Source: Sminthopsis crassicaudata
Taxonomy: Eukaryota
Assembly: GCF_048593235.1 (NCBI RefSeq)
Contig: NC_133617.1
Span: 737,842,958 to 737,906,957 of the forward strand
Reading direction: 5' to 3'
DNA length: 64,000 bases
Part shown: piece after piece, positions 12,771 to 25,192 of the stretch
Position numbering within the stretch: position 1 is the stretch's first letter
Layout of the letters: every line of letters begins with the position of its first letter
Notes under the pieces: generated by a model
The model's database searches: none
Seen by the model: the letters and a program-made list of their open reading frames with translations, nothing else
Told to the model about the DNA's origin: nothing
Made by a program: the position numbers and the translations under genes

Positions 12771-13257
12771 CAAATCTGTCAATGTACTTTTATATAGAAT
12801 ACTCCCTCAGGTCTCTTGCCCCGCCTTTTTTTTTTTTGGTTAGTATAATTGTATTTAGTGTGTAAGTTGTTATTTTGATGATCTTGTGTTTTATCACTTT
12901 ATATATTTTTTCCAAATTATCATTTTTATTCTTCTTATTTTTCTTTTTATCAGACTATAATATTCCATTGATTCCGCCATTCTGGAAGAGGACCAAAATG
13001 ACCAAATCTGTCAATGTACTTTTATATAGAATACTCCCTTGGGTCTCTTGCTCCCCCCCCCCTTTTTTTTGGCTAATATAATTGTATTTAGTGTGTAGGC
13101 TGTTATTTTGATGATCTCATGTTTCATGTTTCATCATTTTATATATTTTTCCAAATATCACTTTTATTCTTCTTATTTTTGCTTTTATCAGACTATAATA
13201 TTCCATTGGTTCCTTTATTCTGGAAAAGGCCCGAAATGACATCAGTCTGTTAGAGTC
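12771..13257 (+). repeat. Two tandem copies of a 232-bp AT-rich unit
   Basis: CAAATCTGTCAATGTAC occurs at 12771 and 13003. Confidence 0.9.
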
Positions 13258-14107
13258 AAGTTACAATATATTCAACTATGACTGGTCAGATCAGTAGGAG
13301 CTCAGAATTGTCTGCCATAGGTTGGACACCAATAGTCCCTATGAACATTTCAGGTGGTTCTCTAACTATACATTTCATGTTGCTTCTGAACTAATTCAAT
13401 TCTGTCTTACTCCCAGCACCTTCTCTGATGAAAACACCCCATATTGGGTCATCTTGTGCCAGTGTCTTCCATGGCATGCAATCAGTTCTAAAGGTCTTCA
13501 GCGAGATCTTGAGAGTGTCCTTGCTTTTTCTGACCAACACTTGCCCTGTATGAGTTCTTCACTTTGATTCTGTGACCATGGACCATCCTTTCATCTTTTA
13601 TCACCCATAGGCAGCTCCTTAAAATGATAACTTCTAGTAGAGTTGCCGTTATGCATTTATGGATGGAGTTACCATGCTGGAAAGTTCCAGATCCAATTAG
13701 GTCTAGACCAGAAAATGTAATCAAATTTACACAAAGATTGGGTGATTGCGATGCTGTGCCAAGAAGAGGGCTGGTTTTCTGGGATTTGTTCTATATTGCC
13801 AAAATGGCCTTCTAATTTCTTCTAGTGGACCCAAAATGTGATAATTTTTTTAAAAATTTAAAAATTATTCTGAAGTTCTTAAATACTAGCAAGCACATCT
13901 ATGTTTATATGCGAAGAATAAGAGGGGAAAAATTGTATAAGGAACCATAAATCCAATTCAACGCATTACACTTTCAAGGCTGTTTTATTGGTCTGTGTTT
14001 CTCTCTAAGAAAAGAAAAAAGAAAAAATATATCAATTGCTTATGGGTAGGCCGAGCTAATATAATAAAAATGACATTTCTAAAAGAAAAAAGAACAAGAA
14101 CAAGAAC

Positions 14108-14524
14108 TGTAATATCTGGGCTAGCTTTCTGGAGGTCCATTGGATGGGCCTTAGTCTCAGCAGGACTGCATCCTCATGAGGATGGTCAGGAATAGAGTTT
14201 AGAGTCTTTATTGTCTCCTTCACAGTCTGTGTCTGTCATAGTCTGACCCAGTCTTGATCTTAGTGGAAGAGTGCAGGAGGCAGGAGAGCCACCAGGAAGA
14301 TGGTCAAGGATGGAGTGTCTCATTTCTAGTCCTCTCACCCCTTAAATATCCTATTACAATTACATTGTTACAGCATACTGAGTATGTGTGAACTAGAGAA
14401 CCATTATATCCCCATACTAAGTACTTAGTATATTTGTGCACTAGAGAACCATCATCTCATCAATTCCATTGAATTAACACCTTGTTATAAGTATCCCTGT
14501 TTCAAGTAGTTCAGTCCCTCTACA
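14108..14524 (-). mobile_element. Solo LTR, 417 bp
   Basis: TGTA...TACA termini, 6-bp TSD AAGAAC (14102-14107 and 14525-14530), AATAAA on the minus strand. Confidence 0.85.
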
Positions 14525-14675
14525 AAGAACTCTTCAATAACCCTCCTTCTCTTACAGAATCAGGAAAATCTGAGTTCAAATCTAGTCTCAGATCAAGTCG
14601 TTTAATCTTTGTTTACCTCAGTTTTCTCAACCATTAAATGGGAATAATAATAACTACCTATTATATATTATAACT

Positions 14676-15241
14676 TGTTAGGATTCTTACAAGGTGCTAA
14701 ATCACTGGAATGGATAGACACAATAATTATCTAATTTAGCATGGTCCTTAACAATTCTCTAGTTCAGTAATGTATTTACTAGAATTCCATGAGATTCACA
14801 CCTTTAAGAGAGGATACTTTTAAGGAGCTCCCACAAGCCCAGGGAGTACCCACAAGCCCATTCTCTGGGAAGAGATTCACAACTAGGTTTGACTTCTGGG
14901 AAACCCACAATCCCACACTCCTGGGGGCAGAGTCAGATTCATTCCCACATCTACCTTCATGCTGGCTGGAGACATTGAGAGGATGAGAAGCTGAAACTGG
15001 CTGGAGACATTCTGACAAGAGCTCCTCCGGGAACCAAGGAGAGAGATAGGCCTCTATTAAAGCTTGGCAGACCCCAGGAAAAGATTCAGGATTTTGAAGA
15101 ACACAATAAAGGATCTGGACTTTAACTCTTGGCTGCATTTTGGGATTATTGAACTGAACTGAAACTAAAGCGGCCTCCAGAAGCTCTCCAAGAAACCTGC
15201 TCCCAAACAAGGATTATGATTTAGAGAAAAAGAACTTTACA
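14676..15241 (+). mobile_element. Solo LTR, 566 bp, inserted in a MIR
   Basis: TG...CA termini, 6-bp TSD ATAACT (14670-14675 and 15242-15247), AATAAA at 15105-15110; MIR sequence resumes on both sides. Confidence 0.88.
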
Positions 15242-15559
15242 ATAACTATTATATGTGAGGATCAAATGAGATATTATTTATAAAATACTTATTAATGCTT
15301 AAATTATTAATAAATATTTGCTCTCTCTCTCCCCTTTGCCAAATTACTTTGTTATACTTTATATATATCCTTTGAATTTACTTATAATGATGATAGCTAG
15401 CTTTTCTTTAGCACCTACTATGTGCTAGGTACTATGCTACATGCTTTATAAATATTATTTAATTTGGTCCTCACAACCCTGGGAAGTGGTATTATCATCC
15501 CCATTTTATACTTGAGGAAATGGAGGCAAACAAAGATTATACTCATGGTGTATCCCCCC

Positions 15560-15745
15560 AGTACAGGATTCTAAACCCGGAGAATCCATGAACTTTTTAA
15601 AAAGTGTTTTGAGATCTATCTTTGTATTCAGTATCACTGCTTTCCTTTGTAATCCTCTATATTCTATTTTACACATTTATAAAGCATCATTCTGAGAAAG
15701 AATTCCCCAAGGGGCCATAGCATCCTAAAGGGAAAGTCCTGCACT
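15560..15745 (+). mobile_element. Old degenerate hAT-like MITE
   Basis: Resembles recalled short Charlie-type non-autonomous elements (cagg.attct.aacc...ccatgaact...cctttgtaatcct); TIRs and TSD are not clean. Confidence 0.35.
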
Positions 15746-16586
15746 CAATGAGCATAATAAGCTCTTTGAGGACAAAGACTGTTTCCCTTTTTTTTCCTTC
15801 CTCCTCCTCCCCCTGCCCCAGTAGAGTTTTCTACGTGGTAACCATTTTATAATTTTGGGGGGTATCAAGTTGTCATAACACTTAAAAGGGAGGAAAGGGC
15901 AGAAATCGGAACTGAGGGGCCAGTAAGCTTGAAGCCCAGGACTAGAAATAATCTGGAGGGAATTACTGAAGTCCTTGGAAATGAAAGTGGTGATCATGAA
16001 ATGAACACATGGACTCACTGGTCCACATTATCCAGACTTTACTTACCTTTTTGATAATTTCTGCACCAACGACTCATGGGTACATCATAGATATCAAGAA
16101 TGTGGGTTTCTACAAAGGACTTGATAACATCTATCATGAGTGCTTCATCAGCGTGATGGTGAAACTTGGACTGAATGGCAGGTAGATTGGTAGCTGGTTA
16201 AACAAGTTTGCCGCAGAAATTAATTCAACCTTAGAGAGCCCAGAATGGCTTCTCTCCAGGGTTCAAGTCTATTCACCATTACAAAGACCCGAGATGAAGA
16301 TAAAGCTTTCAGATGACACACAGGTGGGAGGGATGGGGAGCTGGGAGGAGAAGGTTTCATTAGGTGATGATGGTAACAATCTATGATGCTACCTGAGCAG
16401 TTCTGATTACCAATGTTAGTTTTTCTGGGGGGTGAGTGATGGTCCAGAAAGCTTTGGGGAAGAAGGGAAAATTAAATTGCACCTCTAGACGAATTATAGT
16501 TGAAATCACCTCTGAGACCATTAGTCCAGTCGATACCAGTCGAAATTATCCTCACCACAACATCCCTGAATATTGATCATTCAACT

Positions 16587-16905
16587 TTTTTTTTTAATTT
16601 TAGCTTTTTATTATAGCTTTTTATTTACAAGATATATGCACGGGTAATTTTTCAGCATTGACAGTCGCAAAACCTTTTGTTCCAACTTTTCCCCTCCTTC
16701 CCCCACCCCCTCCCCCAGATGGCAAGTAGACCAATACATGTTGAATATGTTAAAGTATATGTTAAATACAATATATGTATACATGTCCATACAGTTGTTT
16801 TGCTGCACAAGAAAAATCAGTCTTAGATATAAGGTAAAATTAACCTGAGAATGAAATAAAAAATGCAAGTGGACAAAAACAGAGAGTGCGCTATGTTGTG
16901 GTCAC
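16587..16905 (-). mobile_element. Marsupial L1 3' end (related copies at about 31140-31300 +, 35920-36080 -, 47375-47650 +, 52745-52890 -, 58470-58820 -, 61380-61670 +)
   Basis: Shared text tttatttacaagatatatgca.gggtaattttccagcattgac...ccccagatggcaagtag with a T-rich tail, repeated across the window. Confidence 0.8.
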
Positions 16906-17758
16906 TCAACTTGTGCTTGGAGAGCTCCACTAAGGGGAAAGAGTCACTTTTTCTTGAGGTTATTTCATTCCATCTTTGGGCAAATCTAGTTATTCAGAAA
17001 TACAACTCTTCCTCTTTGGGCCTTCCAACTGTGGTTCCTAGTTATGGTCACTGGAACCAAAGGAAGAGCTCTAGTTCCTCTTTCACATGACAACCATTTT
17101 TATTCCCTTCCCACATTCACCACCACATGAGACTTTTCTTCTCCAGTCTAATTGCCTTTCAATGAATGAATGATTCTCGAATGGTATAGCCTTCATCGAT
17201 GCTGCTCTCCTCTCGACACTCTTCAGCTTATCTCTCCTAAAATATAGTACCCAGAAGAAAATGCAGTAGATGAGATGTGTTCTGACCAGAACACTGTGGG
17301 ATTTTATGCCTTTTTCAAAGTGAACCAAGACCAAATTAGATCAAATTAGCTTTCTTGGCCAGAGCAGTACAGCTCCCAGATATTTTCCAGATTCTGGATT
17401 AACCACGAATACTTGACCTTGTACTTGAAAACTGGGGTTTTTTTGAACCCAAATTTAAGGCTTTAATTTTATCCCTATTAAATTTCACATTCTTAGATTC
17501 AGACAAATTTTTGTATCTAGACGCTAGCATCTAGTGTGTGACAATTATTCCAGATGGTTTCATGCTTTCATCCAGGCAAGGAACAGAAGGAATAAAAATA
17601 TATTAGCAAGAAAAATAATGATATGTATGGAGGAATCATGACTGTATTTGCCTAAAACAAAGCGTTTGTATAGGGGAATAGAAAGAGGTCTGACAATAAG
17701 GAGCCTTGAATCCCAGGCTGAGTTTGAATTGGACTCTACAGTTAAAAAGGGAAACAGT

Positions 17759-17892
17759 GGGAGTAGCTAGATCGCATAGTGGATAGAGCTCTGAAGTTAG
17801 GAGGACCTGAGTTCAAATCTGACCCCTTAATACTTCCTAGCTATGTGACCCTGGGCAAGTCACTTAACCCCGATTGCCTTAGGGGAAAAAAA
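17759..17892 (+). mobile_element. CORE-SINE, WSINE1-like
   Basis: Same head and core as the other copies, A-rich tail, imperfect TSD. Confidence 0.75.
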
Positions 17893-19811
17893 AGGAAGCA
17901 TTGAGATTTGAAGCTGCAAATGATGGTGATGATGAAGATGGTGAAGATGGTGATGATGGTAGTGGTGGGAGAAGGGAAAATACCATAAACATGGGGGGGG
18001 AAATCTCAGAAATTATTCATATAAAAAAAAGTGAATCAAGGGAACATCAGCAACTACCAGCCCATCTTATACTTTTGAGGGAATATATCCTATCGAGTGT
18101 ATCCTTAATGAAGGTCCAACAGGGAAAAGATTGGCTCTTGCCAGTAACATTCTGCTCTATACTTTTACATCATTATATCATTGAGTGAAAGAAGGGAAGA
18201 TCTCACTCTAGTTTCTATCTAATGATATTTTTAAAGCATTTGTCATTGGGTAAAACCGAATGCCTCCTTCGAGGCTTCCTTCCTGCAAGATATATGTTTT
18301 CCATTCATATACCATGGAGTTAGAGCTAGAAGGAACTTTAGCGATCATCAAGTCCAAATCCTCCCTTTTATAAAGGAGGAAAGAGGCTGGTTCTGTCCAC
18401 GGTACCAACGGGATTAAGAAGGTGTGGGTTGACCAATGTCCTCTTCATCCATCAGTGGCAGCTAAGACAGTGGGGAGCAAGCAGGCTATCATGCAGACCT
18501 AGAGATGTCTTTGGGATTAACTCTCCCTCCCTCCCTGTGCATTGATCTGGGACCCAGCTGGGAGCCTTTGAGGCAAACTTGCATGAAGATCTCCTGAGAC
18601 TTCCTTGTTGACTGCTTTTAACTTCCTTTACCCATTTAAGTTTTGAACTTTTTTCCACATTCATTGGCAACGATTTTGACCAGTGGGTGGTTTGAATTTA
18701 TTTCTGGTAACTAAATTGTTTGTTTGAATCAGTAAGGGACTGGTAAATGGTTTACAACAGTGGGGAGAGGGGGAGAAGGGGGGAGGATGTGAGCAAAACA
18801 CACTTTTAATTTTAATTTCATCATTCATTTAAGTCTAATCAACAAGGGGCAGCTAGGTTGCACAATGGTTAGAGCACGGGTATCAGGCTTGGAATCAGGC
18901 AGACTCATCTTCCTGAGTTCCAATCTGGCCTCAGACGCTTTCTAGCTATGTGATCCTCCATAAGCGACTTAACCCTGTTTAATCTCAGTTTCCCCATGTG
19001 TAAAATGATTTGGAAAAGAAAATGGCAAATCACTGCATACCATTGCCAAGAAAACTCCAAATGGGGTCATGAAGAATCAGAAATGACTGAACAAGATTAT
19101 CCACAAAGCAATAAGTTAAGCGCTGATTTGTAGGGTTTGGGGATTTCCAAAGTAGAACCCTCACCCTGCAAATTAAACAATGGGGTACTATCTGGCTCCA
19201 CACAGTGCTGATCTGAACCTTCCAACTCTGAATGATTCATTGTACCAGATGCAGGCTATTGACCAGAACAGAGAAATCCCATGATATGTTCCAAGAAGTC
19301 CAGTCTGTACATGTTTGAGATGGGATTTGAACCCGTTTCTTTCTGACTACACATCCACCACCACATGCTGCTTAAAGTGGCAGCAAAATTATTCAAGTAA
19401 TTATCTCATTTGATCTTCTGAACAACCCTACAAGACAGATACTACAGATATCATTATCCCTATTGGACATTTGGGGAAAAAAAACTATTTAGATAATTAA
19501 CATTTATTAAGCACCTACTGTGTGCCAGGCTTTGTGCCATAGGCCTGTAGTAAAGCATATTTGAGTAAAATTTGTACTCAGACACACTCTCGGTGTGATC
19601 ATGAAAAAAAAAAATGGCTGAAAGGCCAAAAAATCCCTGCTGGCAAGGAACTCCCAGTCTGATGGGGGAGCAACATGCAAATAAATCACTCTAGGTACAG
19701 AAGATAAAGGCAGGATAAATTAGGGATAGTCTTAGTGGGAAGGAAATATGATTAAGAAGGATGGAGTCTTCTTGTAAAAGCTGAGACTTTGGGACTTAGT
19801 TAAGACTTGAA

Positions 19812-20336
19812 TGATATAAGATAGCTTCAAGGGGAGACAGCAATCATTTTAAGGTCCCCTGACATTAGGGGGCTTCTGTTCTAACAATCTGTCAGAAAGT
19901 CTTCCGGCTTTGGAACCTCTGACGCCAAAGTCTCCCACGCCCAACCTAAGAATACCATTGTTCTAAGAATCTGATTCCGGTTCTTCCAGCCTCAGGATAG
20001 TCCCACAAATCAAACCCCTGAGACAATAGTGAATAGAGCGCTCCTCAGTCATTGCTGTCAGAGGGATGATCTATTGGTCAGTGATAACCAAATGCCAGAG
20101 ACCACTCCTTGCTCCTTCCTCTGGCCCTTAAAAAGGGAAGATCCATAACATGAAGAACTAGATAAATGTGGCTCCTTGCTTCTGGTCTTTAGCTAATTCC
20201 TTTTGGAACTTAGCCCGCTTCAATGGCGTTACAATTACAATAAACTTTGCCCCTTGACTTGGAGATGGGCTGCAAATTCTTTTGAGATACCGGTCTGTGA
20301 CCCCAACCTTTTGGGGTCACCTTCCTAACCTCAACA
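19812..20336 (+). mobile_element. Solo LTR, 525 bp, ERV1-type TSD length
   Basis: TG...CA termini, 4-bp TSD TGAA (19808-19811 and 20337-20340), AATAAA near 20240; same family as 38151-38587. Confidence 0.85.
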
Positions 20337-20474
20337 TGAAGGAATCAGGAAAACTGGGAAGTAAAAATGAGAAGGGAAAGACCTGGGAAATAGGCCCATA
20401 GTCAAATAACTAGCAAATGGGGGAGGGTTCATTTTGACACAAATGATGAAAAAATATTTTAGTATTATAGTTTA

Positions 20475-20619
20475 GGAGCTGCTAGGTGCACAGTGGATAG
20501 AGCACCAGCCCTGAAGTCAGGAGGACCTGAGTTCAAATCTGGTCTCAGACACTTAACACTTCCTAGCTGTGTGACCCTGGGCAAGTCACTTAACCCCAGT
20601 TGCCTCAGCCAAAAATATA
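20475..20619 (+). mobile_element. CORE-SINE, WSINE1-like
   Basis: Typical head and core, flanked by TATAGTTTA direct repeats. Confidence 0.82.
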
Positions 20620-20840
20620 TATAGTTTATTTTTAAAATTGGACATCATTATAATGATCTATAATTATATATGGGTATATATAATATATACATATATAACT
20701 ATTTATGTGTATATGTGTGTGTGTATATATATGTATATATACATATATAAAAATCTCAAATATTCAAACATATAACTTCAATATTTTCTCCTTTGGACTT
20801 ATTAAGCCTTTTTCTGAACAACATTATTTCATCTCTTAAA

Positions 20841-21065
20841 TCATCCCCCTTCCTGTTTCTTCAGCCTTCTCCGAGCTGTATCCTTCTGTCTGAAGTTGTG
20901 GAGTGCAGACTTGAACAGAATCCCATAAGACTTGATCGCCTTAGCTGATCTGCCCTTCCCAGCCTGAGGGACATGGACCCCTGGGGAGCGCCCCACTGGT
21001 GTACAAGAGGCCATCTCCTTCAATGACTCAGCAAGTACATGAGCCAACTGAACCTTGGGGATTCT
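20841..21065 (-). other. Candidate terminal coding exon of an unrecognised gene (RIPKVQLAHVLAESLKEMASC...SALHNFRQKDTARRRLKKQEGG-stop)
   Basis: Acceptor ctgccctttattctgtctacaag|, 75 codons open in phase 0, about 60% GC at third positions by hand count; no homology recognised. Confidence 0.3.
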
Positions 21066-24000
21066 CTTGTAGACAGAATAAAGGGCAGTTTTCTTATTTT
21101 TTAAATGTGGGAATGAATGAAATCAGAATGTATAAAAGCCAGTGCTCTTCAGTAGCATTTTGTCCCCATGTGTTTTGAAGAACAGAAGCTTTTTGAGGGC
21201 AGGGCCTATTCTGTTTTCCTCTTTTGTATCCCCAACTCTTAGTAACTGTCTGTGGACTGGACTGGACTTGTTCTGGGACTGTATAGAAAACCACTGGGAA
21301 GTCCCCTCCAAATGCAGATGACAATTATCCTACAATGCTCTCTCTGGGCATACAGTAAGTGCTGCATAAATGCTAACTGAATTGAATTGCAGCTGAGATT
21401 CTCTGACCAGAGAAGGGAGGAACAGAGCCATGTACATCCCTTGGTGGGTGTGGGGGTGTGCCAAAATATCTTGGAGGAGGTCAGAGGAAAGCCTGTAGTG
21501 GCTTTTGCACAGGGAAGGATTGTGGTAACTTCTGCCTTCCTCCAATAGCTGCCTCCTGCTCTGCTTTCCTGTCTCTCTCTTATTTTGAGCCATTGTGTTT
21601 TATATCCCATTCTCAGGTCAGTCAGCCATTTAATAAATGTTTATTAAGAAGAACCCACTGCGAGCAGACACAGCACTTCATGAGCTTCTTTCTTTTTGGT
21701 TTCCTAGACCCCCTTGGTGATGCTCATGGAGCCCCCCTCAGAATCATGATTTTAAATGCACTCATAAGGCTACAAGAACAGTAATTACATTGAAATAGTG
21801 ATCAAAATATGTTTTTTTTTTTAAAATCCACCAGCTCCAAGTCAAGAACCTGAAAGCTTAAGATTTTCCAAGTTACCTGCATTAGCTCAGTTGATTGGCT
21901 CCTGACCTGAATTCAAGGATCCCAAAAGGCCTTCCCATGATGCATCTTGCCTCCTTATCTATCCAATTTATCAAAGAGAAGACAGAGGCTTGATTATTTT
22001 ATTCTTTCTTCTGAGTTTTTGGAGCTCAGTAGTGAGTGGAACATCATAGACAGAGATGCAAACTGGGTCAGAGAAAGGAGTGAGGGTACAGTGGATAGAG
22101 GGCCATAGGCCTGGAGTAAAGCATATTTGAGTAAAATTTGTACTCAGACACACTCTCGGTGTGATCATGAACAAGTAACTTAATTTCTGTTTTCCTCAGT
22201 TTCCTCAACTATAAAATGGAGATGAGAGCAACACTTACCTCCTAAGATCAAATGTGATATTTGTAAAGCGATTTAACATGGTATCTGACATGTAGTATTT
22301 ATAAATGTACATGGTTTATCTGAAGCTCTATAAATGTTTCTTCTCTTCCCTTTGGAATCAGGGAATCCAACTAAGATCTCTCTGTGACCATTGGAAGAAG
22401 CAAAAATCTGAGCGAGAACTTCACTGGCTCACTGCTGAATGCAGGAAAGATTTATTTTACGTTCTTGCAAGAATGGGGGCCTAGGTAAGCAGACCCACCT
22501 TTGAAACTCCATATGCAGAAGGACAAGTCCCTTCCCTGATTCCCCATGACAGGAATCTCCTCCCCTCCTTACATAGTCAGTCCCTGCCTGCAAGGAGCTT
22601 CCATTCTCGAAGGGGGAAGGGTTAGGGACAAAGAACAAAAAATTATTTTCAGATCTCAGACCATCACTCCTGATTACAGAAGTCAGTCCCTGTCCTCAAG
22701 GAACTCACATTCTAGTGATAACTTAACCCTCGATTATTCTTTGACGTCCTTAGTTTCTCTAAGTTTCATTTCTCTAATTTAATTATCTTAACTGTGGAAA
22801 CCAAATGCCCATCCATTTCTCACACCACCGGCTTCCATTTTTTCATTTGAGAAATGGGAGGATTAGATTAGAAGGCTTCCTAGGACTATCCCAAGCTCCT
22901 GTGGCAGAGCAATCCAGGAGTCCCTGAGCACCAGCAGGGTGCCCTTTGTGTGCCTGGAACTGGGCGAGCCCCCCTCAGGGGCACAGGGCACAGAGGGCCT
23001 GGTTTATTTGCATCAGGTATCATTTTCTGAGCAGACTCTAGTTTCAGTAAAAATAAATGGACCTCCAGGGTTATGAATGCAGGGAACACAAGACATGGGG
23101 ATGCGTTGGCGTCTCCATGGAAACACCTCCCAGAGAAAGAGGTTAAAAAAAATACACTTCCCACTTCTGATCACTGGGTTTTCTTGAACACATGTTTCCT
23201 GTTCCTTTGTTGGCACTCTATATTCCCACAAGGGAGGCATGGAGACCCTTAAGTCATCATGACCTGGAGCCATGTGCTACAGAGGAAAGAGGGAGACTCC
23301 TCTCCACCACCGCCAGCCTGGTCCCTGCTCTCCCTGTGCCCCCAGTTTCTTCCCTGCAAAATGATAGACTTGGACTCTTGGACCCCTGGGTTCTGGCCTG
23401 ACGCAGAGATCCGGGCTCTGTCTAGGATGTACGAAGGGGTGTCCATCTCCCAAGGGTAGCTTGTGAGGATGTTTTGGCCAAGGAATCAGATCTGCTGGAG
23501 ATTCAAGCAATTTTGGAGTCACTAAGGTCTTTGAAAACTGAACTCTCCTCTCTATTGGCTTCCCCTCTTTCCTACTAGACCGATACTCTGGTGACATCGC
23601 AGAGGCTGGACTGTTTCGAAAGATCCAGCGTGTACTCCAGGACCAGTTTTATCTGACAAGTGCTCCCAAAGCCCCTGAAACATTGGCAGGGGCTGATTTG
23701 GGGATCTGGGGAGGGAGGGTGGCTGAATTCCTGATTTCATCAGAATGGCGGAACGGGATTGTAGAAATCACTTCCACCAGTAGTCTATGACTGACAGGGC
23801 TGCCCAGGACCCCAAGATGCCAACCAGCTTACTCACAATCAGGATGCACAGTGCTTGAACCCCCAGCTCTGAGGCTGGGCTCTCCCAAGTATCAGGATAC
23901 ATCACATAAATGATAAACGATCAACAAATTGCCAAATCATTGTTAAGCTGCACCTGAGAAGGGACTTTCCCCTTTAGTTCCTCCCACCCTGGCACTTAGT

Positions 24001-25192
24001 TAACACTTTGCAATTTTCAATTTGCAAATTTCTGATCCATTGGGTCATGGGATCTTCCCCACAGCTGTAGGAGGTGGGCAAGGCAGGTACTATTAGCAAG
24101 ACTTTACAGATATGGAAACTAAGTCTCAGACGGAGCTCAGTGACTCAGTGGAGTTCACTTGGCAGGAGGAAGCCCGGAACCCTGGCAGCTCCAACCTCCA
24201 GAACCAGGGCCCCTTCCACAACATCATGATACCCCTTCAAGGGTTTGCTTTCAAAGCAGCTCATACCCAGTTGAACCGGTTTTAACATACAGAGGCTCCA
24301 TGCAAAGAGCTGCCTAGATGTCACAAGGGCATAAAGATTTTGTTTTCCCCATTAAGGTAGAACTATGTCTGGAAGCTAATGGAAATCAATTGTGGACACG
24401 ATAGTCAGCAATTCTGGACTGAGTTTGAAATCTGCCTCTGAGCCATATCCTCTGTGCAACCCTGTGCACCGCACTTACCTCCATGAGCCTCAGTTTCCTT
24501 ATCTGCAACCTCAAAGTTCAGCTAATTTTCAAATCACAAGAGGCATACAACTCAATTTGTTTTTTAGAGGGTGAGCCCCTTCATGTGAATGAATCATTCT
24601 CTCCCTGTAAAAGACACGGAAGCTTTGGGGAGCTCATTTGCACTGAAAAGGATGGCTTCTTCACTATCTCCCACCACTTATTGACACGACCAAGAAGAAG
24701 CTTAGATTCACTTGTACCTTTTAGGGATTATTGGGCAAATGGTCACTGCTCAGTTACGGCTTAGTCTACAGAGATGAAGATTTTGGAAACACATTGGATG
24801 CTCATCATATGGTCTTGGAAAACTGCTAGGATAGCAAGAGGCCAAGTGAGTCACACAGAGAATGTGTGAACTGAGGTTTTCCCAATTCTAAGGCAGCCTC
24901 TCTCAATTATAGGAATATGAAGATGGTAATAGGTAGTGGAAACTACGGTTTCCCATGATGAAGCAAGTCCTGGGAATCCCTCAGAGTAACCTTCCAAACC
25001 CAACTTCATGTAAATTGAGAATAATAATATCTCAATACCTAAAATCCTTCCAGGATTGCTGAGTTCAAACTGAAGAGGTTTGGCTCCCTGACGGAGAATC
25101 GAGGGGATTCCCCTCGATTCTCGATCAGGGAGCCAAATGAAGAGGTTCAGGGTTCCCTCGATTCTCCTAGAATTCAGCATAGGACAGGGAGT

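Noticed and set aside
14779-15210. 143-aa minus-strand ORF
   Set aside because: It lies wholly inside a TSD-bounded solo LTR.
23346-23790. Plus-strand exon pair (FLPCKMIDLDSWTPGFWPDAEIRALSRMYEG and RYSGDIAEAGLFRKIQRVLQ)
   Set aside because: Both acceptors look good, but the available donor is phase 2 while the second frame needs phase 1. The APOBEC-like look of WPDAEIRAL lacks a correctly spaced PCxxC.
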